From: Felis catus
Lineage: Eukaryota
Direction of reading: 5' to 3'
Length of the DNA stretch: 64,000 nt
NCBI RefSeq assembly: GCF_018350175.1
Contig: NC_058368.1
Span: 152,026,001 to 152,090,000 of the forward strand
Below the pieces are notes generated by a model. That model saw only the letters and a list, made by a program, of their open reading frames with translations, made no database searches and was not told the DNA's origin. Of the stretch, positions 1-11,149 are shown in pieces. Both the position numbers and the translations under genes were made by a program. How positions within the stretch are numbered: the first letter of the stretch is position 1; each line of letters opens with the position of its first letter.

Positions 1-760
1 GGGTAAATAATCCAAAAAATAGACTACCAGGAAATCTTAGAATGACTAGAGGGTATGACAAGAGCCCACATTGTCCATACCCTAGCTTTGGCTGGGGCTT
101 TCATCCAAGAAATGATGATCTGTGGCACTGATGAAACAATGTGGATAAGCAACCATATAATATTTGTTTATTTGTATTTATCTAATCAGTGGGAGAGGCA
201 ACAATTCAGCACTCCCCAGAAGTTCACATGTCACAGATTCAAACAATTTTACACATAAACCCTATTCGTTGACCCAATGTCATCAGTGTTTTCATCAAGA
301 ACCTTCACAAACTCTTTAGAGGAAGCCATAGCTTTAAATACTTTTGAATTCATTTACTCTAAATTTACTCCTCATAATGCTATTACCATAGAGTGGAGTC
401 CTACTGATAAATTCACCTGGAGTAGGGCTCTTTGCAGCTCTGACCAAAGATTCAAGGCTACACGGTCACATGTCTTTTTGTTCTTGGTTAAAAGGATACA
501 ACCCATTAAGCACATCTAACAGTTCTCTTGCTTTCTCTTTCTCTACAAAACTCTTTTGTTCAAATTGGGTGAAACTGCCGTTTTTCCTGAGTAACAAGCT
601 GATTCTCTTTATTCCTTTCCATTCTATGTATGTAACACATCCAAAAATCTTTGCTAATCGTATATACTACATTTTGTTTGCTTCTGTCATTTTATTAAAA
701 TAGGTTTACATAAAATGTAATAAGTCAAACCACTGACAAATATAAAGAAAAGTTATTTAC

Positions 761-934
761 CTCAAATTGTGCTTCTGTGAAACTGGTTGCTTGCTCTCTG
801 GTTACCAACTTCAAAAATGTGGTGCCAAAATTAGCCAGACAAAACAAACAAAAGCCCCCTCTTTGCAACAAGGCTCATTTCCATCTGGTTGTGCTGCATA
901 TTATGAAAGTATACATTCTAATGTCAAAATTCAC
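761..934 (-). other. Candidate non-coding internal exon (5'UTR or lncRNA), 174 nt
   Basis: Minus strand: branch-like CTTAAC/CTGAT, acceptor gcatttggtcttttaag|GTG at 934, donor GAG|gtaaat at 761. Unique sequence with stops in all three frames. Confidence 0.45.
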
Positions 935-1404
935 CTTAAAAGACCAAATGCTTTACAATCAGTTAAGTGGATGCTTCTGTATCAACACAATCCCTTTCCA
1001 GAATGTGGTCAAAAGTGGCCCATCATTCAGTTTTAGTGATACCCCACAGACTTCCTGGTATCCCCAAATCATCTTGGTGCTATCCCAGGTTCTTATATGA
1101 CTATTAGTGAATGACACCAGTCGGAGGACAAGAGCACTCCCAGGGGAGAGAAGGTGGTCACTATGCATACAAAAGTGAGTAGAAACCACGAAGCTCTCTC
1201 AGGCTGCTTGCAATGGTTTGATGAGGGATACACTGAAGAGATCATGAGCCACATTTAACCGCTGTGAAAACCTCTTCCAACCTCATCGCTCCATATGGGA
1301 GTTAAAACTGATTTTAGGAAGTTAAGGAGATAGCAGGACATGCCTAAATGATTTATTAAAACAAAAGCCCTTATATTTCAGGGTCAAACAGGTCAAATTC
1401 CTCG

Positions 1405-2271
1405 TGTATTAGTTTTCCGTCACTGCATAACAAATTGCCACACAGGTAGTAGACTAAAACGTCAATAAATTTATTATCTAATAGTTTCTTTGGGTCAGAA
1501 GCCTGGCACATGTTAGCTGGATCCTTTACTCATGGTATCACAAGGCTTAAGGTAAAATTCTGGCCCCCTTTATTCTCATCTGGAGAATCAATTAGGGAAA
1601 CTTCTGCATCCAAGCTCCCTTGGGTTGTTGGCAGAATTTGTTTCTGACTGAGGTCCCTATTTTCTTGTTAGATGACAGCCTGGAATTATCCTGAACAACT
1701 AGAAACCAAACTCAAGTCCTTGCCATGTGGCTTCCTTCACTGGGTACTCTGACTGGCTTATATCTGTGACCTATAAACTCTCTTTAAAAATATCACCTAT
1801 TTAGGAGCACCTAGGTGGCTCAGTCTGTTAAGAATCCGACTTCAGCTCAGGTCATGATCTCCTGGTCAGTGAGTTCAAGCCCTGTATCAGGCTGTGTGCT
1901 GACAGCTCAGAGCCTGGAGCCTGCTTTGGATTCTGTATCCCTCTCTCTCTGCCCCTCCCCAGCTCATGCTCTGTTCTCTCTGTCTCTCAAAACTGAATAG
2001 ACATTAAATTTTTTTTTTAATCTCACCTGTTATGATATTAGACTTAACCAAGACAATCCCCCCTTTGATTAACTCAAACGCAACTGGTTAGGGACCTTAA
2101 TTACATTGGAAAATTATCTTCAACCTTTGCCATATAATGTAAACTAACCATGAGAGTGATACTTTTATGCGTAAAAGATATTTTCATTTATACATCAAAG
2201 GGAAGGGGATTCAGGACATGTACACCAGGGGCTTAGAAACTTAGGGCCATGTTACAATCTTGCCTACAGCA
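1405..2271 (-). mobile_element. MLT1E-like (MaLR) solo LTR, interrupted by a SINE
   Basis: Minus strand begins tgctgtaggcaagattgtaacatggccc...cccctggtgtaca, resembling the MLT1E 5' end. The other end is tgtattagttt...cataacaaattgcc on the + strand. Confidence 0.75.
1804..2020 (+). mobile_element. Can-SINE (SINEC_Fc type)
   Basis: tRNA-derived head ggagcacctaggtggctcagtc...ttcagctcaggtcatgatc, CT-rich region, A/T tail; degenerate TSD tcacctat/tcacctgt. Confidence 0.92.
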
Positions 2272-2766
2272 TCTATACACCATTAGTCTGCTAGCATTTC
2301 AGGGTTTTTAACAACAAAAATAGTAAGCCTACCTCTGTTATCTGCAAACATGACTAAGTGGTGTGCTGTATAAATACCTAAGGTCTTTAAGTGTTGGATG
2401 TTTGAGAAAACAGCGATCATTATTTTTCCTTCTTATGGCTTCCTAGCCAATGTGAAAAGAAATAGACAAGAACTAAGCAGGATCAAAATCTAGTAAAACT
2501 ACTAAAGGTGAAACTGATTGGAGAACATAGCAGTTTCTCCTTATCGCCTTTCTTGATTTAGACTTTGGTATTCCTAGTCTGTTATGGGGGAAACGTTAGA
2601 AAATGATGGACATGCTAAAGCAGACTCTGTTTGTCTCTTTTCCACACGAAAGAAACTGACCTGTCTTACTGATACCTAAAAGAGAAGAGACAAGAAAGAG
2701 ATGGACCTGCCTAGGCACTGCCTGCACTTCAATGCAATGGGTCTACTCTCCAGTTAACAAGGCTCA

Positions 2767-3162
2767 TCAGTCAGCATAGACTACATTATGATGCAGTAAC
2801 GAGAAATCCCCCCAAATCTCAGTGGTTAACATACCAACAGATACTTCTTGTTCATGCTACAAGTCTAACACTGGTGAACAGGGGTTTTCTATTTATCAGT
2901 TGCTCATGGATTCAGGCTAATAGAAGCCTTTTCTTGACCTGTGCTTCTTCAAATCCCTGCAGCAACAATAGGAGGCAAGTGGTAAATCACCCACTGGCTC
3001 TTAACATTTACAGTGCAGAATAACACATGTAACTTCTGCTCAATTTTTATTGACCTAAGCAGGTTACATGGCCACAGAGGGAGGCAGGAAATGCAACCCT
3101 ACCGTGTGCCTTAAAGGTGAGCGAACCAAAAATATTCGTGGACAGCATTAACAGCTACCACA
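2767..3162 (-). mobile_element. MLT1J/K-like LTR
   Basis: tcagtcag...ttatgatgcagtaac...ccccaaatctcagtggttaac start and ...acagctaccaca end, typical of an antisense old MLT1 LTR. Confidence 0.65.
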
Positions 3163-4462
3163 CACGGCTTAGTGAATGCCTCTCTTCTCCCACAGAAGAC
3201 ATTGGAACCAAAGAAGTCCCCAAAGGTATTGACTCCAATATGGTCCCCAGCAAGGGAGTAGAGTATGTGATCTCTGTTGGCAATGTGAAAAAAGAAATGT
3301 GACCATTTCCTCTTAATAGTAAGTACAGGCAACAGAAAACATTTGTGAAACAGCCCTGTAGTGCCACACCTCCCCTTCATGAAGATTGCTTCAGTGAGAA
3401 GCTAGCAAATGCAACTCTCTCCAGGCTGCCTTACAGGGAGCGGAGAGTGGTCGTAGCCCCACACGATGGGCTCCAAATAGGAAGAGGGAGAACTGTGCCT
3501 GCCACATTTTAGGAGGCTGCCTTCAAATTCAGGCTGCGTGTCTGGAGTCGCTGTGCCGAGCAGGATCTGTGAGCTGGCTCTGTGCTGGGTGAGAAGTGTA
3601 AAGCCTGGTGCCAGAATGCGAGTGCACATCAAAATCCTGGCACGGGTGCTCTTTAGAAACGGACAGAAGACCAACTAACATACGGCTCATTCTTCTCACG
3701 TCATAAATGGAAGGCATTAATCACTGGGAGGCCTCCCAGAAATGAAAGTTCATCTATTGGTTATGGGGTGTCAAAAGGCAAATGTGGAGTGTTTTAAATT
3801 TGCTTAGTTTTCCTGCAATATAAAATACAGGTTTCAAATGCTGGCTTTATCATCAAAACAGGCTCCTGGCCCTGCCAAAGCTAACATAAAGAACCCAGAA
3901 CTCCACACAGGTTTCTCATTTATAGCATAATTTCCTCCAAAGACAGCTATTTTAAAATGTAGATTAACCCTTGATGTCTAAATTTTCCAAACTGAAACTT
4001 TGAAACAATGAAGTCCCATCTGCCAGCGCAGAAAAACCAAGTAGCAAAAGAGTTGTCTACAGTTCTCTGCAGTGAGGGACTGAGCCCACTGTCTGGCCAG
4101 CTGACTCTCCACATACCATCAGGTGCCACGGCCCACCCTTGGGAGGTCCTCCCCTGGAGAGGTAACTGTTGTGCTCCCAAGCTGTGACTTGTACTCCTCT
4201 AATAAAAGAAAGGAATGCATAATCTGTTTCTCTTCTCTGAGAAGATATTAAAGTGAATGTGTATCATTACCACCTAGGTGAAACAATTCCACCAAAGCAG
4301 CAACTCCTTAAAAGTGATCATCATCCATTCATCAGACGAGTCTTAAAGATGTAAATATGAACACATGCAAAACAATTACTTCATATTCTTCTCCAAAATG
4401 AAACTATGCATTTCTTGCCCCTATCTATTCTAATAACTTTGCTTAAGAAAGAAGTACAGTTT

Positions 4463-4702
4463 GGGGCGCCTGGGTGGCTCAGCCGGTTAAGCATCCGACT
4501 TCAGCTCAGGTCACGATCTCGCGATCTCACAGTCCGTGAGTTCGAGCCCCTTGTCGGGCTCCGGGCTCTGGGCTGATGGCTCAGAGCCTGGAGCCTGCTT
4601 CCAATTCTGTGTCTCCCTCTCTCTCTGCCCCTCCCCCGTTCATTCTCTGTATCTCTCTCTCTGTCTCAAAAATAAATAAACGTTAAAAAAAATTTAAAAA
4701 AA
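4463..4702 (+). mobile_element. Can-SINE (SINEC_Fc), young
   Basis: ggggcgcctgggtggctcag head, CpG-rich; perfect 17-bp TSD aagaaagaagtacagtt (4445-4461 / 4703-4719). Confidence 0.96.
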
Positions 4703-4735
4703 AAGAAAGAAGTACAGTTCAAAGGGCCACAAACT

Positions 4736-4846
4736 GGGGTGTATGGCTGATTCAGTTGGGAGAGCATGTGACTCTTGTCTGGGGTTGTGAGTTCAAGCTC
4801 CACAATGGGCATAGAGCCTCCAAAAAATGAATAAATAATAAAAAAC
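4736..4846 (+). mobile_element. Short tRNA-derived carnivore SINE (head plus A-tail only)
   Basis: A-box-like tggctgattcagttgg, B-box gagttcaagctcc, then an A-rich tail with no CT-rich body. Confidence 0.75.
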
Positions 4847-4860
4847 AATTACAAAATACA

Positions 4861-5075
4861 GCAGCGCCTGGCTGGTTCAGTCGATTAAGTATCCAACTCT
4901 TGATTTTGGCTCAGGTCATGATCTCATGTTTCATGGGTTCGAGCCCCACATCAAGCTCCATCAAGCTCTGTGTTGAAGCCTTGAGCCTACTTCAGATTCT
5001 GTGCCTCCCTCTCTCTCTCTGTCCCTCCCCTGCTTGCGCTCTGTCTCAAAAATAAATAAACATTAAAAGATTTCT
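4861..5075 (+). mobile_element. Can-SINE inserted in the tail of the preceding SINE
   Basis: gcgcctggctggttcagtcg...tcaaaaataaataaacatt, flanked by tacaaaataca on both sides. Confidence 0.9.
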
Positions 5076-5119
5076 TAATACAAAATACAAAATGAATAAA
5101 GAGCTGCAAACTGGTGACC

Positions 5120-5129
5120 TGTGTGTGTT

Positions 5130-5167
<38 letters not shown>
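5120..5167. repeat. (TG)n microsatellite
   Basis: Direct inspection. Confidence 0.95.
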
Positions 5168-5168
<1 letters not shown>

Positions 5169-5504
5169 ATGAACGGGTACACTTCCCTGCATAACGTCAT
5201 TACAAATTAAATCTGAATGACTCCATGTGGGGTGTAAACTCTCAATTTTCCACACACCTCACCAGTTCTTATCATCTTAAGCTCTGATTTACTCTGATTT
5301 ACCAGCTCTAATAATAACAGATATTTGAGTATGGGTGTTGTACTTGGTTTTTTTTAATTAGTCAAACATTTTATTTATTTAGTATGTTAATAAATTTTAT
5401 TCTGTGAATCATACACGTTACATAAATGTAATTACAACATAAAATAATCTTATTAAATTAGTTGGTTTATTTCACCCTCATAATTTTAACAAATGGTATA
5501 ATGA

Positions 5505-5856
5505 TTTTTTTTATCATGATAAGTGTACTCTTAATCTCCATCGCTTTTTCACCCATCTCCCCACCTAACTCCCCTCTGATAACCATCTGTTTGTTCTCTG
5601 TAGTTAAAAGTCTGTTTCTTGAGGCACCTGGGTGACTCAGTTAAGTGTCCGACTTCAGCTCAGATCATGATCTCGCAGTTCATGAGTTTGAGCCCGGCAT
5701 CGGGCTCGGTGCTGACAGCTCAGAGCCTGGAGCCTGCTTCGGATTCTGTGTCTCCCTCTCTCTGCCCCTCAACTCTCTTTCTCTTTTTCTCTCTCTCAAA
5801 AATAAACATTAACATTTTTTTAAAAAAGAGTCTGTGTCTTGGTTTGTCTCTCTCTT
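5505..5856 (-). mobile_element. Carnivore L1 3'-UTR fragment, split by a SINE
   Basis: cacccatctccccacc...ctcccctctgataaccatctgtttgttctctgtagttaa is the antisense of the carnivore L1 3' end, also seen at 19900-19960 and 55980-56060. Confidence 0.7.
5621..5825 (+). mobile_element. Can-SINE (SINEC_Fc)
   Basis: Typical head and body; TSD aaaagtctgtttcttg / aagagtctgtgtcttg. Confidence 0.93.
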
Positions 5857-6049
5857 AGCATGCATGTGTGTATTCTACTCTAAAGGAACTTAAATAGAAG
5901 ACAGCCATACATAAACATGTCCCAGAATTGCGTCTACCTTTGAGATCTTACTGAACTAAAGACAGAGTAAACACAACACTCCTAATGTAAAATTGCATGT
6001 AACTAGTCCTTACGTTCTTATTTGGACCATTCCCACAGCTTGAAATTTT

Positions 6050-6280
6050 GTCTATGAAATGGAATAACACTGTCTCAAAGTTTAGCACAACAGATATGAA
6101 GGATCTAAACCCAATGTCTGGCACATAATAGGCACTTTCGAAGCATCAGCAATGAGGGTGATGACACTTTGGCTGCAGAGTTAGTTTTAAGCAAAGTGCT
6201 GACAAAGACCTTAGGCTTTAGTGTCTGCAGACCTGGGCTCAAATCCCAGTTTCACCATTTATCAGTGTGTGGCCTCTTAG
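6050..6280 (+). mobile_element. MIR fragments
   Basis: agacctgggctcaaatcccagtttcaccattt and tctggcacataataggcact motifs. Confidence 0.5.
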
Positions 6281-7617
6281 GGGCACACACTAGGATCAGG
6301 AGTGTGTGAGATGCCCCAAAGAAGAGGGGTAATTAGAAGAGATTTCACAGGTACAGGAAGAAATAGGAACACTGAGGAGGAACAGTCTCTAAGGTTTAAG
6401 ATTTAAAGGAATGACATTATCAGAAATCTAGGTAATATAAAATGTTGAAAAAGAAATTTTGTTAAAACTGCCAGATTCTATTGCATAATAAATAAGATTA
6501 TTGTCAACAGACCCGTGGAAGACGGAGGGCTTTAAACCTAGACTGTTTGTTGGTGTCACTCTCTGAATCTCTACCCTGATGGGTTACTGAAGTAACAATG
6601 GAGTAGTACAGGAACTTACGAATTCTAACCAAGGCTTGGGGCTCAGAGAGTTCGGTCTTAGGGTCCAAACACATAACTAAAGGACCTCACACAGGAGCCC
6701 CAAAGACTTCCCTTCCCTGAACCATGTCTGCAGAATCAGGTTTTCTCTGGAGAAATCATTTTCAACAGGCACAGAACATAATGAAAAGCTTCAAACTGAT
6801 TAATAGCTAACAGAGTAATTGCTAGAAAACATCTTCTCTCCCTCAGCACTGAGTACTTGCTGGATAAAAAAATATTTTTAAAACAGAACATTTAAATGTG
6901 ATCATTAATGAAATGTAAATATTAAATAAGATAAACATCTGTCATGGAATCGTCATTATTTATTCTCCATGCTACGAATTTATCCCTGCCCTTTATTTCT
7001 CTTCCAATTACTCATTTTACATTTTTTTTAAATGACTGTCTATCACTGGATTAAATGTAAGCCTTTAGAGAATAGAAGCTGCTGCCACATACCTTTCTTT
7101 ACACACGCCTCTGTGAATACAATTTTTTGACCTTATTTGGCTTTCCAATCCAGTGAGAAGTAACTTATTTTAAATAAAGGAGGAAGTCAACTTACCCTTA
7201 AACCCAGAGGTTAATCTCCATGTAAGCCATCTGTGGCATATTTAATTGGTATGGGAAATTTTGCTGGGACAACTTTTGTTGGGGCTTCATACAATGCTCT
7301 TCAGAAAGCCCTCCTGGGTTTCATGAAATCTCTGTACTTCTTGCTCATAATAACATCTCTAGACAAGGGGTTGTGTTCATGTGCTGTGAATACAGGGTTT
7401 TCAGAGGTTAATACAGAAACACTGTATAAATTTCAGGGGAGGATTTCAGTTCCTAGAATAGGTCCACTTTTTGCCAAATTAAATAGGTTCCAAATAGTAA
7501 TTTCATCTAAGTCCTTATTTGGCAAATGTTTACTGAGCACTTACCATGAGCAGTACAAGTAATATGTAGATACTAGATATTAACAACATAGGTCTTCAGG
7601 CAGAAGGAAATTAACAT

Positions 7618-7817
7618 TTTTTTAAAGTTTATTTATTCATTTTGAGAAAGACAGAACAATCAGGGGAGGGGTAGAGAGGGAGAGAGAGAATCCCAGGCAG
7701 GCTCTGCACTGTCAGCATGAAGCTTGATGCGGGGCTCGAACTTAGGAAACATGAGATCATAACCTGAGCCCAAACCAAGAGTCGGAAGCTTTACAGACTG
7801 AGCCACTCAGGTGCCCT
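7618..7817 (-). mobile_element. Can-SINE (older SINEC_Fc2/3 type)
   Basis: Antisense: tttatttattcattttgaga...ctgagccactcaggtgccc; TSD ggaaattaacatt on both sides. Confidence 0.93.
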
Positions 7818-8566
7818 GGAAATTAACATTATCGAGTGTCAACTATACACTTTACCATTGGATTAAGCAGGTTTATACCAGCACAATAACATAGACAATA
7901 CAAGGCTAAATATACATTTCACCTAGACTCTGTAGCAAGCTAATACATGGGATGAGTTCAAGGATTGGAAGTCATTTGTGGCTGACCACAGAGGGCTTCA
8001 TGGAGCAGCTGCTGTTTCTACTTGGAAATCCTAAGATTATTTAGTTGATGTAATGGGAACCTACCCAAGGAGATAGAGATGGTATGAGCAGTCACTAGAA
8101 TCTGAAAATCTAAATATGTTAGGGAAGGTGGATAGACTAAGCTCCCTAGAAAAAAAATAATCCACTGTTGGGGGAGGGGAGGTCATAGAGGTGAGGCTGG
8201 GAGCACACGGTGAGATCTTTAATACCAGGGTGAGGCTATTTATTAATTTAGGGGAGAGGTGGATGCTATAAAGGTTTGATAACTACATGTTTTAGGAAGA
8301 TCAGTCTTTCAGAGATGCCTATGAGAGACGGCCTTAAGAAAAATTGAGGAACAGTGGGTCCTACTGGAAGACTAATACATAAAGGCACAAACGGTTAAAG
8401 GTTTCAGTAAGATACCACTTTTAAGTTTCAGTATCTGGGAGTATAGAGGCAAAATTAAAAGAATCAAAGCATCCGAAAAAAAAAAAAAAAAAAAAAAAAA
8501 AAACACGTTGAAAGGGCAGGGTGAATGCAGCTCTAGTAAGCTGAGCCGGAGATGACTTCAGTGTAC

Positions 8567-8734
8567 CTAGCGAGAGAAGTGGTGCTTAACCAGGGCGTGT
8601 CCTACACACCCTTGAAATGAGGCAAGCTCCAGCCGATCATCTACAACATCGAGCGGTTTTACAAAATTCCACAACTACCACACACAGCAGCACTGATGGG
8701 TGATCTTCGGGCATGTTCCTTTGTCCAAGTTCAA
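8567..8734 (-). other. Candidate non-coding exon; acceptor strong, donor position uncertain (8567 or 8610)
   Basis: Acceptor tatttcctttttacag|TTG at 8734; donors TAG|gtacac (8567) or AGG|gtgtgt (8610). Unique, with locally retained CpGs, and closed in all frames. Confidence 0.45.
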
Positions 8735-9046
8735 CTGTAAAAAGGAAATAAGTTGAACTTCAGTAATTCTTTTCATAAAATTATGAATATTGGCTACCGC
8801 CAGAGGAGAGCAGCAGTTAGTTTCATACTTTTCAGAAATGCATAAAAGAAATAAATAGAAAAACACAAGTCTTTCAGGTCTGCTTGATTTGTTATTGTTC
8901 AGGGAGAAAAAAAGCTGTAATTATTTCATCTAGTTAAAAGGGAGGAAATAGTCTAGGGCTATACTGAATAAACCAAATTTAAATGAACTGTCCAAATAAA
9001 AGGAAACACAATATTGTAAGTTAAATTTTTTTTTTTACTTCCCAGC

Positions 9047-9048
<2 letters not shown>

Positions 9049-9098
<50 letters not shown>

Positions 9099-9101
9099 TA
9101 T
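9049..9101. repeat. (TA)n microsatellite
   Basis: Direct inspection. Confidence 0.95.
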
Positions 9102-9734
9102 TTTTTTTTTAATTTCCCTATCCTTGCAGTTTACAAATACCCAGATGCCAAGCACAGAGGTGCCTTTCCCTCACTGGCTCCTCATCCTTCCCACACCCCA
9201 TATCACCTTCATTCTGCCTCCTGCTTCCTCCTCCATGGGGAGCATAATCTGAACAGTGTTTAGGCTTATTGGTTGCAGTATAAATATTTAACATATCAGG
9301 TACAATTGTAGCCACATGTCTGTCACTAACTTCACGTGCAGTAAATGATTAAGTTACCGTTTGTTTAACCTCTGGATCTGGCTCATCATAAGGATTTCAT
9401 AGTTTGAGCACTTTTAGACAACAAAAACAGGGAATAAACCTAATGATATGCATAGAAATCACTTGAATGCATTTATTTGTACAGTTTTCCATACAAATAG
9501 ACAAATATGACAAATCCACAGAGATTAAACAAGAGAGAAAGATACTTTATTTGCAAGCACCTACCAACTGAAAAATTGGTTATGCCTATTTAGCTAAACA
9601 GACCTACAAAGTAAAGTCATTTTCTGAGCAACTAGAGTTTAGAAACTGCTATAACAACTTGAATATTTCAGTAGCCAATTTTGTGGTAGTAGGTATGAAT
9701 TTTCTGCATAATAATGACAGTTCTCCAACTTTAC

Positions 9735-9805
9735 CTTGTTGTAGATCTTCATTTTTACATGAAAACCGTGTGTAACACCCCAGACTGTCTGTTGCATTCT
9801 TTCCA
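9735..9805 (-). other. Weak candidate non-coding exon, 71 nt
   Basis: Acceptor tactttttgagcatgtttag|TGG and donor AAG|gtaaag; based on splice signals only. Confidence 0.25.
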
Positions 9806-11149
9806 CTAAACATGCTCAAAAAGTAATTGATCAGATATCTTTAGCACTCCAAAGGAATGGAGAATGAAAAGTAATTTTACAAATATATTGATATTAGCAG
9901 GCTACAGGTGTTACAATTTTTTTCAGATGCCTTCCACCGAAATCTCTATCTGAAATTATCCACATTAGTTAATGATACCATCTTTTTTCTCTCACCCTAT
10001 TTCATAAATATAAAATATAAATAATATCACAAATTCTCAGATATGTTTCATTACACCCATCTCCCCAGTTCTACTTTAATAAAGACTTTAATCAACTCAT
10101 ACATACAGTCTTCAACAGATCTTACTGTCATCAGACTCTTCCCCCTCTGGTTTTTCTTAAACCTATTTGCCAAACTAGTCATCTCAAAAATCCGTTTTAT
10201 CACACATTTCCAGAACTTGAAATACTTTCCAGTACTGATTATAAGTAAATTCATAATCTCTGACAATCTTGTCCTATCTCTACAATTTTATCCTCCTGTA
10301 TCATTTTACTTTCCATGACCTGCCAGCATGTGCCTTCAACTCAAGTTTGATGAGTCTCATTCATATTTTCTGCCTCTTCCCAACCAGTAATTCCTCCCAT
10401 GCTTAAGCCCCATCTCAAATACAGTTTTCCCTGAAATGTTCACTGGCCTGACAAAATGCACAAAGTTTCCTCCCACTGTCCTTTACACTTATCCTACAAT
10501 TTTGGATTCGGTCTTGTGTTATTTTGTGATTCTTAAATGGAATAGATTCTTTCATACACAAATTCACTTGCCTTAATAAATAATAGCATTTATACAATAC
10601 ATTGTATAAATAACTATTATACAATAGTTATATTGTATCTGGCACAACTCAAAACAGAGCTGTGATCATGCAGTGGTCGTTCAAACTATGAATTCAATAG
10701 CTTCACATCATATGTTATTAAATTTGATAATGATTTTCCCCATTTCCATTTCCCAATTCCCTATTTGAGTTGTTGGTACTGGTCATCTCATTTCCGTCCA
10801 TTTGTTTTCTATATGTTAGTTTTTAATTCTTTTTTTTTAATGTCAGTATTACTTATTTATGCCATTCTTGTTTCCAGAAATTTCAAGGTGGCTTACAAGA
10901 ACATATGTCAGTCCTTGTTGCACACATTAGAAGTAAACAAGAAAAAAAATTAAAGGAATATAAAATGCTAATTAAATTCAAATATAAATAAATAAGTTAT
11001 TACAAAGTGCTTTAGTAAGCAGAGAAGCACCATATCAAATTTTTCAACTGGTTGAGATCTACATGTGTCTCCACATGTAAAGCTTACTTTATAAGCTTTA
11101 AAAATATCTTCCAATGTATGTGGTTCAGTAGTTAGTGTTTTGTCTTGTT

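Noticed and set aside
4736..4810. Functional tRNA gene
   Set aside because: Degenerate A/B boxes, an A-rich tail and TSD-like flanks indicate a tRNA-derived SINE; no intact cloverleaf is evident.
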